DNA from: Scyliorhinus canicula
Taxonomy: Eukaryota
Assembly: GCF_902713615.1 (NCBI RefSeq)
Contig: NC_052157.1
Coordinates: 61,468,146-61,532,145, forward strand
Direction of reading: 5' to 3'
DNA length: 64,000 nt
The notes below the pieces were generated by a model that worked only from the letters and a program-made list of their open reading frames with translations, was not told the DNA's origin and ran no database searches. This document shows, one piece after another, positions 38,079 through 51,340 of the stretch (position 1 is the first letter of the stretch; each line of letters starts with the position of its first letter). The translations under genes were made by a program, and so were the position numbers.

Positions 38079-38251
38079 GGGGCGGTATTCTCCACCCCGC
38101 CGCGCCACATTTCTGCATCACTGCGCCGGCGGGATGCTCCGTTACTCCGGCCCGTCAATGGGGTTTCCCATTAGGGGGCAGCCCCACGCCGTTGGAAAAA
38201 CCCCGGGCTGCCGGCATAACGGAGCATCCTATCGACGGAGAATTTATCCCC
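38079..38251. mobile_element. Short GC-rich MITE in Gypsy
   Basis: GGGGCGGTATTCTCC ... GGAGAATTTATCCCC; same family as 29050-29213, opposite orientation. Confidence 0.75.
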
Positions 38252-39080
38252 AGTTGTCTCTCTAATGTATGGTTCACTGGTTCTAGAGGGAAAAAGGGCA
38301 AGATCGATCTCAGTTACCTATTCATCATCAACTGAGCTGGCGAAAGCCCATTGATTAGTGGTGCAGAACGATAAGTTAGGAGCGCGAGATAGGTGGCTTC
38401 TCGGCGATCTAATGCTTTTTTCAGGAGCTGTTTAACAATATGAACGCTCTTCTCAGCCTTACCGTTCGTCTGAGGGTACAGAGGACTCAAGGTGATGTAT
38501 TTTAAGTCATACTGTAGTGCAAATTCTGTCCACTCATAACTGTCAAAACAGGGACCATTGTCACTCATGACGATATTTGGTATCCCGTGGCACACAAAAA
38601 TCTCTTTAATGTTCTTAATGACACATCTGGCCGTGGAATTCGACAGCTATGCTATTTCCAGATAGTTAGGGAAATAGCCTATGGCCAGAAGGTATCCCTT
38701 TCCATTCAAGTAAAAGAGATTCATGCCAACCCTCTGCCACAGAGTTGTGATTATCTCACCCACCTGCATCGGCTCTTTCCTTTGTTTGTGTTGAAACTTT
38801 TGACAGGTTTCACAGTTATCCACTATCACTTCAACGTTGTGGTTTAATCCTGGCCAATAAACTGTCTCCCTAGTTTGATGCTTGTACTTTTCCATCCCCA
38901 AATGCCTTCATGGAGTTTTGTTAGGATCATTGACCTTAATGATTGGAATCACAATTCATTTTTTTCTCAGTAAAAATCCATTGGCGTCACTTCACTCTGT
39001 TTGTGTACATTGTAAAACCTTGAGCAGGAACCTTTGGGCCATCCTTTGTGAAGATATTTTGCAGCCTTCTTCAAGACCAG

Positions 39081-39645
39081 GGGTGGAATTCTCCGATCCC
39101 CCCGGCGCCGCGCCGGTCGGCGGGCCCTCCGCACCAGTCGGCAGGCTCCCTGCGCCGATTCTCCGGCCTGCGATGGGCCGAAGTCCCACCGCTGTCAGGC
39201 CTCTCCTGCCGACGTGGTTTAAACTACCTCTGGTGCCGGCGGGAGCAAGTGACGCAAGAGAGCCCCTGGGTCCGGGGTGGGGGGGGCGCGGGAGATATGA
39301 CCCCGGCGGGTGCCCCCACGGTGGCCTGGCCCGCGATCAGGGCCCACCGATCGGCCGGCGGGCCTGTGTCGTGGGGGAACTCTTTTTCTTCCGCCGCCGC
39401 CACGGTCTCCACCATGGCGGAGGTGGAAGAGACCCCCTCCACCGTGCATGCGCCGGGGTGACGTCAACGGCCGCTGACGCTCCGGCGCATGCGCGTACTC
39501 ACGCCGACCGGCGAAGGCCTTTCGCGTCAGTCAGTGGGGCGCCAACTACGCCATGGCGGGCCTAGCCCCTAAAGGTGCGGAGAATTCTCGCCACTCCGGT
39601 ACGCCGGGACTCCCCGCCCCGCCGGGTAGGGGAGAATCCCAGCCC
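39081..39645. mobile_element. GC-rich MITE in Gypsy
   Basis: GGGTGGAATTCTCC ... GGAGAATCCCAGCCC. Confidence 0.75.
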
Positions 39646-39683
39646 GTGTCTTTGGTGTTTTCTTCTTTAAATATTTTTGACTT

Positions 39684-40040
39684 ATCAGAATCATAGAATC
39701 ATAGAATTTACAGTGCAGAAGGAAGCCATTCGGCCCATTGAGTCTGCACCGGCCCTTGGGAAAGAGCACCCTACTTAAGCCATGCCTCCACCATATCCCA
39801 GTAACCCCACCTAACCTTTTGGACACTAAGGGCAACTTATCATGGTCAATCCACCTAACCTGCAAATCTTTGGACTGTGGAAGGAAACCGGAGCACCCGG
39901 AGGAAACCCACGCAGATACGGGGAGAATGTGCAGACTCCGCACAGACAATGACACAAGCCGGAATCGAATCTGGGAGGAACATGTAGACTCCGCACAGAC
40001 AGTGGCACAAGCCGGCAATTGAACCTGGGACCCTGGAGCT
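39684..40040 (-). mobile_element. V-SINE with CR1-type tail and a tandemly duplicated B-box segment
   Basis: (ATAGAATC)n tail; GACTCCGCACAGACA..ACAAGCCGG occurs twice. Confidence 0.85.
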
Positions 40041-42180
40041 TTGTGATTTCTTTGTCTAATTTAAGTTGCCAGAAGCCTTGTGACACAAGTAATTTACTGA
40101 AAACAGTAAACAGTAATTTCCTCCCTTTTTGGTATAGGGTAATGTTCTCTTTTAATGTTGAGGTTCAGATCTTTAGGGTCCAAGCAGATTTGTAGGTCTC
40201 CATTACGCTTCTTGACACAAACCATAGAGTTTACCCAGTCTGTCGACTCTTCTATGCGCTTAATTACACCTAAAGCTGTCATCCTCTCTAGTTCAGTCTG
40301 CACTGTAAACCTGCTTAACCAGCTGCAGTTCCTCACCCCCTTCTACTCCTATCAGAGACTCGTGTTCTGCTGCCACAATGGAAAATTTCAACATGTAAAT
40401 TCTGTTTTTTACATTGACACAAGCTCGCTTCTCCAACAGCGTGATTTCATTTCCATTGTAATCTCTTAACAATGCTTTTTTGTTTATTACCTGCAGCTTT
40501 TTGCCATCGGACAAATTGATGAGGTTGGCTCTCATACCTGTGTTGAGTTTGAATGTTATTACTGTGTCATTTATCATTAATGGCACAGTCCGTTAATCAT
40601 TTTGAATTTCTGCATTAACTGCACTGTTGCTACAAATTGTCATTGCAACATTGTGATTTTGCCTGCAATGATTATACTTGTCCCTGCTATAGATCATGCT
40701 GATGATGAACATGTTTTCAAAGGACATTGTTTGTTCCTCTTTTGCCAAGAAAAGCATTGACTAGGAAAATGATTTGTTCTTCCAGATTTAGAGCATACCT
40801 TTCCAAACGCTGGGAATTGTCATGGTAAATGTCGATTGCCACATCGCTGGTATGAAATGCAGATTGGGTCGGCCACACTAATGGTGTCGGCTACCTCTTC
40901 TACCTTTGCGGCAAAATGCCTGAGATACAATGTGCTGATCTGCTGTGTTGATCTGGTGTGCTGCAAGCTCGCTTGCATGACATATAATAATAGCATTTTT
41001 GAATTGAAGTTCTGTTTCTCTCAGAAGCACCTCACGTAATTTATTGTTGGAGATCCCGAATACGATCTAATTGTAGATCATTGATGACTGGAGGGAACTA
41101 AAATTACACAAATGCGCCTTCAACTGCAAGTCGTGAGAAAGTCTCGACTGCATTTTGGGTGCGCGTGCAAAATATATAACGCTCGAAGATTTAATTATTT
41201 TAGGAGAGCAATGGCGATCAAATTGCTTGAGAACTTTGTCGAAGTTCTTACCTGCCTTGCTTTCAAAGACAGATGTGTTGAAAATTTCAATTGTTTCGGG
41301 ACCTGCTACAGTGAGCAACAACGCGATACACCTCTCGTCAGGCTGTATCTGCAGACCAAGGGCTGCAACATTGAGTTTGAATTGCTGCTTAAACACCCTC
41401 CAATTCTTACCTACATTACCGGTAATCCAGATCTGTTGACGTGCCTTTATACCTTCCATCCTGGGCTTTGACTTTTACCGCGCTTTGAACACCAGTTGCC
41501 AATAGCTTACAAGATTAGTCGAAAATAATGTGTTTTCTTTTTTCTTCCTCAGAGTTCTCTTTAATTGTTTGGATCTTTGCAGAATTTTCTTGTTCTTAGT
41601 CGACCTTCACTCTTGGTACCATGTCATGTTCTGTAGGCTAGCTGATATGAATGATGCAGGACAGAACGTCTAGTTTAAATAATTTATTATAAAATAACTG
41701 CATGGAAAAGATAACTGGAATAAATAAATAACAAACTACTAACACTAACTAACTATTATGGAGCTCCTGCAAAATACCTCATCCACCAACACGATTTCCT
41801 CCCAGCTACCTCAAGGCACGGAGCCTCATGGTGGACTAACACTGTCACCTGCTGGTCAGAGGTCGTGTATAATATTATATCATCACTATAACAAGCTACA
41901 TTTTTTGTTAATATTGTGGAACGAAGTTAAACAATTCTGAATTGAAATCAGGACAAAGCATTTGGCCATATTCCTCATCATGCTCCGCAGTGAACCAAAC
42001 TGGCCTCAAAAGAGCTGCTGAATTTCCTAAGCTGTGAAACCCAAAGAAATGTCATCATCAAAAGTAACAAAGACAGCGCAGGCAAGTGAGGGAAACTGGT
42101 GTTTACATTTATGACAAAGACGTGGTGCAGTTGAACTTAAAGCAGATGACATAGTCTACCTGCAAAATACAAACCTCTGG

Positions 42181-42412
42181 GGGCAGCACGGTGGCGCAGT
42201 GAGTAGCATTGCTGCCTCACGGCGCCAAGGTCCCAGGTTCGATCCTGGCTCTGGGTCACTGTCTATGTGGAGTTTGCACATTCTCCCCGTGTTTGTGTGG
42301 GTTTCTTCCCCACAACCCAAAGATGTGCAGGCTAGGTAGATTGGCCATGCTAAATTGCCCCTTAATTGGAAAAAAATGAATTGGGTACTCTAAATTTATA
42401 AAAAGAAAAAAA
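42181..42412 (+). mobile_element. V-SINE, poly(A)-tail subfamily
   Basis: Head GGGCAGCACGGTGGCGCAGTG; A-tail; imperfect TSD AAAATACAAAC.TCT. Confidence 0.88.
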
Positions 42413-42741
42413 ATACAAACGTCTCTTTTCTGGAAGATTGGTGAAACGAAAAACATTGGAGAAAGTGATAGGAAGATGGGCATGTTTCTGAGCAGGTTCA
42501 AACCTCAAGAACAAAAAACATTATTGCGTGTTATAATTTTAGTATTTATCATATGTATTTAATCATTAGATGGTTCGACATCTCAATATCGCACACTCAC
42601 CCCTAAAAAATACAGATGTTTGAACACACCGTAAACCGAGAGACCAGCACTGCTGTCAAAGGAATGGAGAAACAAACTGTTTGTCAGAAGAATTAAAGTC
42701 CGATCAACAGGGACTGACCACTTCAGTGAATGTACAAATAA

Positions 42742-42777
42742 GGGGCGGGAATCTCTACCCCTCTCCGTGTCAGAGAA

Positions 42778-42811
<34 letters not shown>

Positions 42812-43386
42812 TGGCATGAATCCCGCCCCGCCTCCAGCTGGCGGATTCTCCGCCGCCGGTTTTTCGGAGGGGTCAGGAATCGGTCGGGGACCATTGGCAG
42901 CGATTCTCCGCTCTGCATTGGCCCGTGGTCATCCGTTTGCCAGCATGAAATACACCAGGTCCGTACCGATGGGACCTGGCTCTGCAGGCGGCCTGTGCAG
43001 TCCTCGGGGGGGGTGCGGGGGGATCTGGCCCCGGGGGAGGGCCCCCCACGATTGAGGCCCACCAATCCGCGGGCGGGCTTTTGCCATGGGGGCACTCTTT
43101 CCCTCCATGCCAGCCGGTGTAACGGTCCACCATGGCTGGCACGGAAAATAAACCCCCTGCACATGCGTGGGATGACGCCAGCACACGCTGGCGCTCCCAA
43201 GCATTTGCCAACACGCGCCAGCCAGCTTTGGTGCCGGTTGGCGTGGCACAAACCCCGCCGGCGCCGGGCTGGTCCCTGAAGTTGCAGAGGATTCCGCACC
43301 TTCTGGGCGGCCCAACGCCGGAGTGGTTCACACCATTCCTCGGCGCCGGTATGTCCCACCCCGCCGTTTAAGGGAGAAGTCCGGCC
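42742..43386. mobile_element. GC-rich MITE with internal poly(G)
   Basis: GGGGCGGGAATCTC ... GGGAGAAGTCCGGCC; interior similar to 39081-39645. Confidence 0.7.
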
Positions 43387-44041
43387 AAGATCTCTGTAAC
43401 ATATCTGATCATTCTAATGCTAGATTATTGTTGTGAAATTTACTTTTTGGAGTAGATTAAAAAAAGTAGATTTGTTGTTTTTGTTTTGGATGGTCCCTGT
43501 GATCTGTGGACTCTTGGCGAGGTTCTAGATTATTGTACAGACTGTCAACATACTTTGGTACTAATGTAACAATTGTCACTACACAGGTTACAGAATGGGC
43601 ATGTTGCTCCTGGGAATGTTTCCAACCCCTCTCTCTCGGGAGTCTAACACATGACTGATCGATGTCAGTGATACATCATCATCTACGTCATATATTAGCA
43701 TGTCCATTCTTTTAACCCTTACACTGCAATTTCCACATTATTATTTTCTGTTCTCTTCTCTCCTAGTCTCAATCAGTATTAATTTTAATTTCTCTCTTGT
43801 GATTTTTAATCTGTGCTTGTGTTACATCAGTAATCATAGGTACAAATAAATTAATCCTGATCAGCAAACCAGCCTTTTGAATGAATCATCAACCTGTTCC
43901 CTTGTAAATTGTGACTTGAAGCAAAATATAAATTTGAGTTTGAAAACAATAAATAATTACAATTTATAAATATTACACTTTGTGTTATTTCACATTGAGT
44001 GTTGAATGTAAATTGTTGCGTAATTATAACCCAGCACTTAC

Positions 44042-44404
44042 CAGAAACATTAAGCCGGGTAACAGGGTGATAACTATGGCTGGGACCACCGTCAAATTCT
44101 ATTCTGAAATAATAAGGTCCTGCATCCTCCCTTGTGATATTGTTTATTATCAGGGAACATTCGCCATCTTTCAGGTCTCCAGAAAGCCGGGTCCGGTGGC
44201 GTAACCGTGGCAACTCGTGATTGTGATCCTTGGAGTGAAAGGCAATCTCCGTAGTTCCCGATTCCGCGTTAAACCAGACTCCGCCTCGCGATTGATTTCC
44301 CAGACACGATGGATAACTGTAATGACACGGAATCTGCACACACGAACCTTCCTGCGCTGTCACCAGTTGCTGAATCTCACCTTTCCACTCTTGTGACGGT
44401 TCAG
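44042..44404 (-). CDS. Siglec V-set exon 1 (363 nt, open, canonical splice sites)
   Basis: ccccag|CT GAA CCG ... TCT G|gtaagt; QEW, EGSCVQIPC, GECSL, DAGPYYFRIE with the conserved Arg. Confidence 0.93.
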
Positions 44405-44519
44405 CTGGGGAGAGAAATATCAATATTTAACACTGGGTGGTTTGTACATCCACCAGACTCAAAATTTACAATGGGACTGAATTGTGTGGGTAGTCAATAC
44501 TGAGGAGGATTGTAATTCT

Positions 44520-45070
44520 TTGGCAGGAAGAAGAGAAAAGCAGAATATTATTTAAATAGAGAGGATTTGCAGAATGCTGCGGTGTAGAGGGATCTGGGTG
44601 TACTTGTACATGAATCATAAGAAGTCAGCATGCAGTTACAGCAAGTGATTGGGAAGGCAAATGGAATGTTGGTCTTTGCTGTCAGTGGGGTGGAGTATAA
44701 AAGTCAGGAAATCTCGCTGCAATGTACAGGGCATTGGTGAGACCGCACTGGAGTTCTTTCAGTCTCTTTCATTAAGAAGGAACATAGTTACATTGGAGGC
44801 AGTTAAGAGAAGGTTCACTGGGCTGATTCCAGAAGAGTTATCCAATGAGGAAAGGTTGAGCAGGTTGGGCTGGTGCTCATTGAGGTTCAGAAGAATGAGA
44901 GGTGATCTTATTGAAACAGGTACGTTTCTGAGGGGTGTGCACGGTTGATGCTGAGAGGATGTTTCTTAAAATCTAGAACCGGGGACACAGTTTCAAAATA
45001 AGGGTCTCCCATTCAAGATGGAGATGAGGAGGGATTTCCTCTCTCAGCAGGTGGCTAGTCTGTGGAATTC
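44520..45070 (+). mobile_element. Degenerate CR1 fragment
   Basis: VKRRFTGLIP, EERLSRLG, RRMRGDLIE. Confidence 0.75.
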
Positions 45071-45077
45071 TCTTTAC

Positions 45078-45935
45078 AAGAGGACAAAGAACAATACAGA
45101 ACACAAACATGACCTTTGGCCCTTCAGGTCTGCACCAACCATGGTACCTGCCAAAACTAAAACCGTATGCATTTACGGAGTCCGTATCCTTCTATTCCCA
45201 CACTACTCATATGTTTGTCCATATTCATATAAATGCCGCTATCATACCTGCTCCCACCACCACCCCAGGCAGTGCGTTCCATATATTTACCACCCTCTGT
45301 GTAAAAAACTTGCCTCACTCTAAATGTTTCCCCACACACTTTAAATCTATGTCCCCTAGTACTTGATTCTCCTACGCTAGGAAAGAGCATCTGACTATCC
45401 ACTCTGTCCACGCAACTCATTATCTTGCGGACCTCTATCAGGCCGCCTCTCAATCTCTGTCGTTCCAGTGAGAACAGGCCAAGTTTATCTAACCTCTCCT
45501 CATAGCTAATGCTCTCCATACCAGGCAACATCCTAGTAAACCTCTTATGTAGCCTCGCCAAAGCATCCACATCCTTCTCGTAGTGTCACAACCAGAGTTG
45601 GACACAATATTCCAAATGAGGCCTAACTAAGATCCTGTAACACTGCACCATGACGTGCCAATTTTTATATTCAATGCCCCGACCGATGAAGGCCAGCATG
45701 CCGCATGCCTTCTTGACCACCTTATCCACATGCGTTGCCACTTTCAGTGATCGGTGGGCATGAACTGCACGTCCAGATCTCTCTGCCTGTCAGTAATCGC
45801 AAGAGTTCTACCATTTATTGTGTAATTCCTATAAGCATTGGACCTTCCAAAGTGCATGACCACACACTTCTCCGGATTAAACTCCATCCGCCATTTCTCC
45901 GCCCAAGCCTCCAACCAGTTTATATCCTGCTGTAA
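45078..45935 (-). mobile_element. CR1 3' fragment
   Basis: KRFTRMLPGM, YEERLDKLGLFSLE, EKWRMEFNPEKC. Confidence 0.85.
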
Positions 45936-46069
45936 CAGTGAAGTCATCGAATATATTTGAATCTGAATCAGATTTCTGAGCGTTAAGGGAGTAAAGAGTC
46001 ATGTGAGAACTGGCAGGAAAATGGAGTTGAGACCAGTCGTGATTTATTTAAATGGCGGGGTGGTGCAAA

Positions 46070-46295
46070 CTAACAAGGCAAAGTCCTTCTTTCTCAACAG
46101 GTTCAGGACAGGCCAGGGCGCTGTGCAGCCAACCTCCAATGGCTAGGGCCTCAGTAAAAACACTTTCTGCACTTGTGGAAAGACACAAACAATGCTTAAC
46201 ATTAACGAGGAACGTCCCCTCAACAGAGTAATTGGTGGAATAATCACCTTAAACTCAATAAAAGAGGAGACTCGCTTGGTATTCACTGAATTAAT
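46070..46295 (+). mobile_element. Ingi/Vingi-like LINE 3' fragment
   Basis: LNRFRTGQGRCAANLQW..FCTCGKTQTM resembles the I-clade C-terminal Cys motif. Confidence 0.5.
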
Positions 46296-46379
46296 AAAAT
46301 AAAATTACATTTTGGTAAGAAAAATAAGGAGATTGTATATTACCTCAGAAAGACGACTCGAACTGGGGGAGAGGGGGAT

Positions 46380-46550
46380 AAACAACAACTGACATTTACA
46401 AACCAACGTTAACATATTTAAATGTCCCAAGGTGCTGCACAGGAGCATCATAAAACAAAGTGTGACAGCCAGGCACAGAGCGAGACATTGGGACAGGTGG
46501 TCAAAAGCTCAGTGAATGAGGTAAGTTTTTAAAGGTGTGAATAAAGGGGG
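46380..46550 (-). mobile_element. L2-like 3' tail fragment
   Basis: AACAACAAC-led tail with TCCCAAGGTGCTGCACAGGAGC. Confidence 0.5.
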
Positions 46551-46555
46551 ACAAA

Positions 46556-48372
46556 GATTGGATTGGATTTGTTTATTGTCACCTGTACTGAGGTACAGTG
46601 AAAAGTATTTTTCTGTGAGCAGCTCAACAGATCATTAAGTACATGGGAAGAAAAGGGAATCAAAGAAAATACATAACAGGCCAACACAAGATATACAATG
46701 TAACTACATAAGCACTGGCATCGGATGAAGCATGCAGGGTGTAGTGTTAATGAGGTCAGTCCATAAGAGGGTCATTTAGGAGTCTGGTGACAGTGGGGAA
46801 GAAGCTGTTTTTGAGTCTGTTCGTGTGTGTTCTCAGACTTCTGCATCTCCTGCCCGATGGAAGAAGTTGGAAGAGTGAGTAAGCCGGGTGGGAGGGATCT
46901 TTGATTATGCTGCTCCCTTTCCCCAGGCAGCGGGAGGTGTAGATGGAGTCAGTGGATGGGAGCCAGGTTCGTGTGATGGACTGGGCTGTGTTCACAACTG
47001 TCTGAAGTTTGTTGCGGTCCTGGGCCGAGCAGTTGCCATATCAGGCTGTGATGCAGCCCGATAGGATGCTTTCTATGGTGCATCTGTGAAAGTTGGGAAG
47101 GGTTAATGTGGACATGCCGAATTTCCTTCTTTTCTGAGGAACTATATGCACTGTTGTATTTTCTTGGTGGTAGAGTTGACGTGGGTGGACGAGGACAGAT
47201 TTTTGGATATGGGCACCGCTAAGAATTGAAAACTGCTAACTATCTCCATCTCGGCCCCGTTGATGCTGACAGGGGTGTGTACAGTACCTGTCAGTTTTTA
47301 GTTTTTAGTCTTTAGTTTTGCTGGCATTGAGGGAGAGATTGTTGTCGCTACACCACTCCACTCGGTTCTCTATCTCCCTCCTGTATTCTGACTCGTCGTT
47401 ATTCGAGGTCCGGCCCACTATGGTCGTATCGTCAGCAAACTTGTAGTTGGAACCAGGTTTTGCCACGCAGTCGTATGTGTACAGGGAGTAGAGTAGGGGA
47501 CTAAGTACGCAGCCTTGCGGGGCCCCGGTATTGAGGACTATTGTGGAGGAGGTGTTGGTGTTCATTCTTACTGACTGTGGTTTGTTGGTCAAAAAATCGA
47601 GGATCCAGTTGCAGAGTGGAGTGCCAAGTCCTAGGTTTTGGAGCTTTGATATGAGCTTGGCTGGGATTGTGGTGTTGAAGGCAGAGCTGTAGTCAATAAA
47701 TAGGAGTCTGATGTCGGAGTCCTTGTTTTCGAGATGCTCTAGGGATGAGTGTAGGGCCAGGGAAATGGCGTCTGATGTGGACCGGTTGCAACGGTGTGCA
47801 AATTGCAGTGGATCAAGGCGTTCTGGGAGTATGGAGGTGATGCGCTTCATGATCAACCTTCTCAGCTGGATTCTCCCACTTGAGTTTCTGCTTGTATGCC
47901 GGGAGAAGGAACACTGTCTTATGGTCTGATTTCCCAAAGTGCGGTCGGGGGATGGAATGGTAGGTTGCCTTGATTTTTGAGTAACAGTGGTCAAGAGTGT
48001 TGTCGCCCCTGGTGGGGCAGGAGATGTGCTGGTGGAATTTTGGCAGTACACTCTTGAGGTTGGCCTTGTTGAAGTCTCCGGCCACGATGAGGAAAGGCCT
48101 CCGGGTGTTCTGTTTCGTAGTTGTTTCTAACTGTGTACAGTTCGTCTAGCGCCTTCATCACTTCTGCCTGGGGTGGGATGTAGACCACTGTGATAATGGC
48201 TGAAGTGAACTCACGTGGAAGATAGTATGGGCCGTACTTCACGGTCAGGTATTCTAGGTCTGGGGAGCAGTAGATAGCCAGGGTCGCCACATCTAAACAC
48301 CAGGAGGAGTTGATGAGGAGCCACACCCCTCCACTCTTCGCTTTGCCTGATGATGCCGTGCGGTCCGCCCGC
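46556..48372 (-). mobile_element. Rex1/Babar-like LINE (EN C-terminal half and RT, internal deletions)
   Basis: [54 protein letters not shown]; (GATTG)n tail. Confidence 0.9.
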
Positions 48373-48399
48373 AAAGAGAGAGAGAGAGAGAGAGAGGGG

Positions 48400-49920
48400 T
48401 GGAGAGGTTTAGAGAGGCAATTACAGGGTTTAGGACCCCAGGCAGCTGAAGGGACGGTCACCACTGTGGAACGATGGGAATCGGGGGTGCTCACACCCAG
48501 AATTGGAGGAACGCAGCGATGTTGGAACATTGTGGGGCTGGAGGCGATTACAGAGATGAGGAGGAAATAAAAATGAGAAATCTGAAATGGAGTATTTTTC
48601 TAGACCAGGAGCCAGTCTGGATCAGTGAGCACAGGGGTGCGAGGACAGAAGGAATTAATGCAAGTTAAGACACAGACAGCAGAGATTTGGATGATCTCAA
48701 GTTTATGGAGGGTAGAATGTGTGCTGGAATAGCCGAGTCTGGAGGTAAGGAAGGATTGGATGAGGGTTTCGGCTGCAGATGAGCTGGGAAGGGCGAAGTT
48801 GGACATGTGACAGAGGTGGAAATAGGCAGCCTTAGTGATGGGATGGATGTGAGTTCAGAAATCATCTCAGGATCAACTGTGGCACCAGGTTTGTGAACAG
48901 ATTGGCTTAATCACAGAGAGTTCCCATGGTGACGAATGGAGTTCGACACAGGGGAACAGGGTTTGGAATGAGGACTGGAAACAATGGCTTCATTCTTCCC
49001 AATACGGCACGGAGTCAGTGACCTAAGTTCGATTTTGGCCTCGGGTCACTGTCTGTGTGGAGTTTGCAGGTTCTCTCTGTGTCTGTGTGGGTTTCCTCCG
49101 GGTGCTCCAGTTTCCTCCCAAAGACCAAAGATGTGCGGGTTAGATGGACTAGCCGTGCTAAATTAACGCTTATTGTCCAAACGATATGCAGGTTAGGTGG
49201 GATGACGGGGTTATAGGGCAGGGGAGTGGGTCCATGTAGCGTTCTCTTTCAGAGAGTCGGTGCAGACTTAATGGGTCGAATAACTTCCTTCTGCATTGTT
49301 GGGTCTATATGATATTCTCCAATAATATTTTTTTGGAGAAAATTTCTGTTTATTTTCTGCAGTATGTTGAATAAGCTGCCTGATAATTAAAGATTAGTGG
49401 AGGAGTCAAGAGAGGTGGGGGTGAGGAAGAGCTGGGTGTCATCAGTGTACATGTGATGATGTTGCAAAGTCTTACACGTGATTCTCTGGCTGTGATTAGA
49501 TAGCAATGGAACAAGGTTAGAGCCGCCCCACCCAACCTGGACAACGTTGTCCAGAGGGATTGGAGGAGGTGGTGTGGTTAATCGTGTCAAAGGCTGCAGA
49601 AAGGTCAAGAAGGACGAAGAGGGTAGGTTTCTCTTTGCCACAGTCACACAAGATGTTGTTAGTGACTTTAGTAAGAGCTGTTTAAGTACTGTCCCCGTGG
49701 CAGAAACCGGATGGGAGGGATTCAAATCTGATATTCCGGGAGAGATGTGAATGGATTCGGGAGATGAAAACATGTTCCAGGATTTTGGAGAGGAAAGAGA
49801 GGTTGGATCCAGAATGGAGGTTTATAAGGACGGTGGGGTCAAGGATTGAGGAGACGGTTGTGGCAGATTTGAAGGAGAGAAGGACAACAGATGAAGAGAG
49901 AGAACCGTTAACAATATCGC
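48400..49920 (-). mobile_element. L2 LINE fragments, interrupted by a V-SINE at ~49005-49310 (+)
   Basis: AETLIQSFLTSRL, MYTDDTQL, SNLSFLSKILEH; SINE V-core GGTTTCCTCCGGGTGCTCC. Confidence 0.75.
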
Positions 49921-49924
49921 CTGA

Positions 49925-50860
49925 TATAAGACCATAAGACATAGGATCAGAATTCGGCCACTCGACCTATCGAGTCTGTTCCACCATTCAATCATGGCTG
50001 ATATTTTTCTCATCCCCATTCTCCTACCTTCTCCCCATAACCCCTGATCCCCTGATCAAAAACCTACCTATCTCTGTCTTACAGACACTCAGTGATTTGG
50101 CCTCCACAGCCTTCTGCCGCAAAGAGTTCCACAGATTCGCCACCCTCTGGCTGAAGAAATTCCTCCTCATCTCTGTTTTAAAGGATTGTCCCTTTAGTCT
50201 GAGATTGTGTCCTCTGCTTCTAGTTTTTTCCTACAAGAGGAAACATCCTCCCCACGTCCACTCTACCCAGGCCACGCAGTATCCTGTAAGTTTAAATAAA
50301 GTCCCTCCTCATCCTTTTAAACTCCAACGAGTACAGACCCAGAGTCCTCAGCCGTTCCTCATACGACAAGCTCTTCATTCCAGGGATCATTCTTGTGAAT
50401 CTCCTCTGGACCCTTTTCAAGGCCAGCACATCCTGTCTTAGATACGGGACCCAAAACTGCTCACAATACTCCAAATGGGGTCTGCCCAGAGCCTTATATA
50501 GCCTACCCGTCTACTTCCTCAATACTACCTACCTCTCTACAGATCTTTGTATCATCTGTAAACTTAGCAACAATGCCTTCAGTTCCTTCCTGCAGATCAT
50601 TAATGTATGTTGTGAAATGTTGTGGTCCCAGCACAGACTCGTGAGGCACACCACTAGTCACCGACTGCCACCCTGAAAAAGGCCCCTTTATCCACACTCT
50701 CTGCCTTCTGCCAGTCAGCCAATCCTCTATCCATGCCACCTTACCCTCAACACCTTGGGCTCTTAACTTATTTAACAGTCTCCTGTGGGGCCTTGTGGAA
50801 ATCTAAATAAATAAAGTCCACTGGTTCTCTTTTGTCTAACTTCTTTGTTATTTCCTCAAA
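49925..50860 (-). mobile_element. CR1 3'/RT fragments
   Basis: (CATAAGA)n tail, QRRFTRMIPG, AKFTDDTK, FVKGRSCLT. Confidence 0.85.
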
Positions 50861-50869
50861 GAACTCGAA

Positions 50870-51340
50870 CAGATGTGTCAGGCATGACCGCCCCTTGACG
50901 AACCCAAGGATCAGGAGGGGAAGTTGTGTGGTCAGCAAATTACTGGGAATAGAGTCAAGGGTACAGGAGGTGGCTCTCATGAACAAGATGTGTTCAGAAA
51001 GGACACAAGTGAAGATAGGTGAGAAACTGGAGAAAGATGTGAGTTCAGGGAAAAGGCAGGGGAGGAAGGGGTGTTGGGGGACATTAGAGGAAGTTTGTCC
51101 CAGTGGATTATGGGAAGGAGAGTCATGACAGAGGCAGCTGATTGGATTGTCTGGATCTAAGTGACAGAGAATCGATGAGTTATCAGCAGGTGTTTTCCGT
51201 GTGCGTATCAGAAAGCAAGTGACCTCAGGAGAAGGAGCAAGATGGGTTAAGATGGAGGTTGAAATCTCCGAGGATGAGAATTTATTTGGTGCAGAGACCA
51301 AGTGAAACAGTTAGTGAAGATATCCCGGTGAGAACATCTT
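50870..51340 (-). mobile_element. L2 fragment
   Basis: SCTLDSIPSNLL. Confidence 0.55.

Larger units (their letters stand above)
37720..41893 (-). mobile_element. Decayed Gypsy element: 5' LTR 41622-41893, PBS start TGGTACC, gag, protease, RT (deleted), integrase
   Basis: MEGIKARQQIWITGNV, DLQICLDPKDLN..REHYPIP, HMG..VYWPG..CETC, SDNGPCF, YPQTNGKAEK. Confidence 0.85.

Noticed and set aside
38882-39565. Long Arg/Pro/Gly-rich ORFs (also 23122-23639, 42767-43359)
   Set aside because: Stop-poor frames of GC-rich MITEs, with no domain motifs.
46344-46362. 19-nt micro-exon (ccccag|...|gtaat) between the two V exons
   Set aside because: It has no ATG and does not preserve frame between phase-1 exons; could be chance or a UTR exon.
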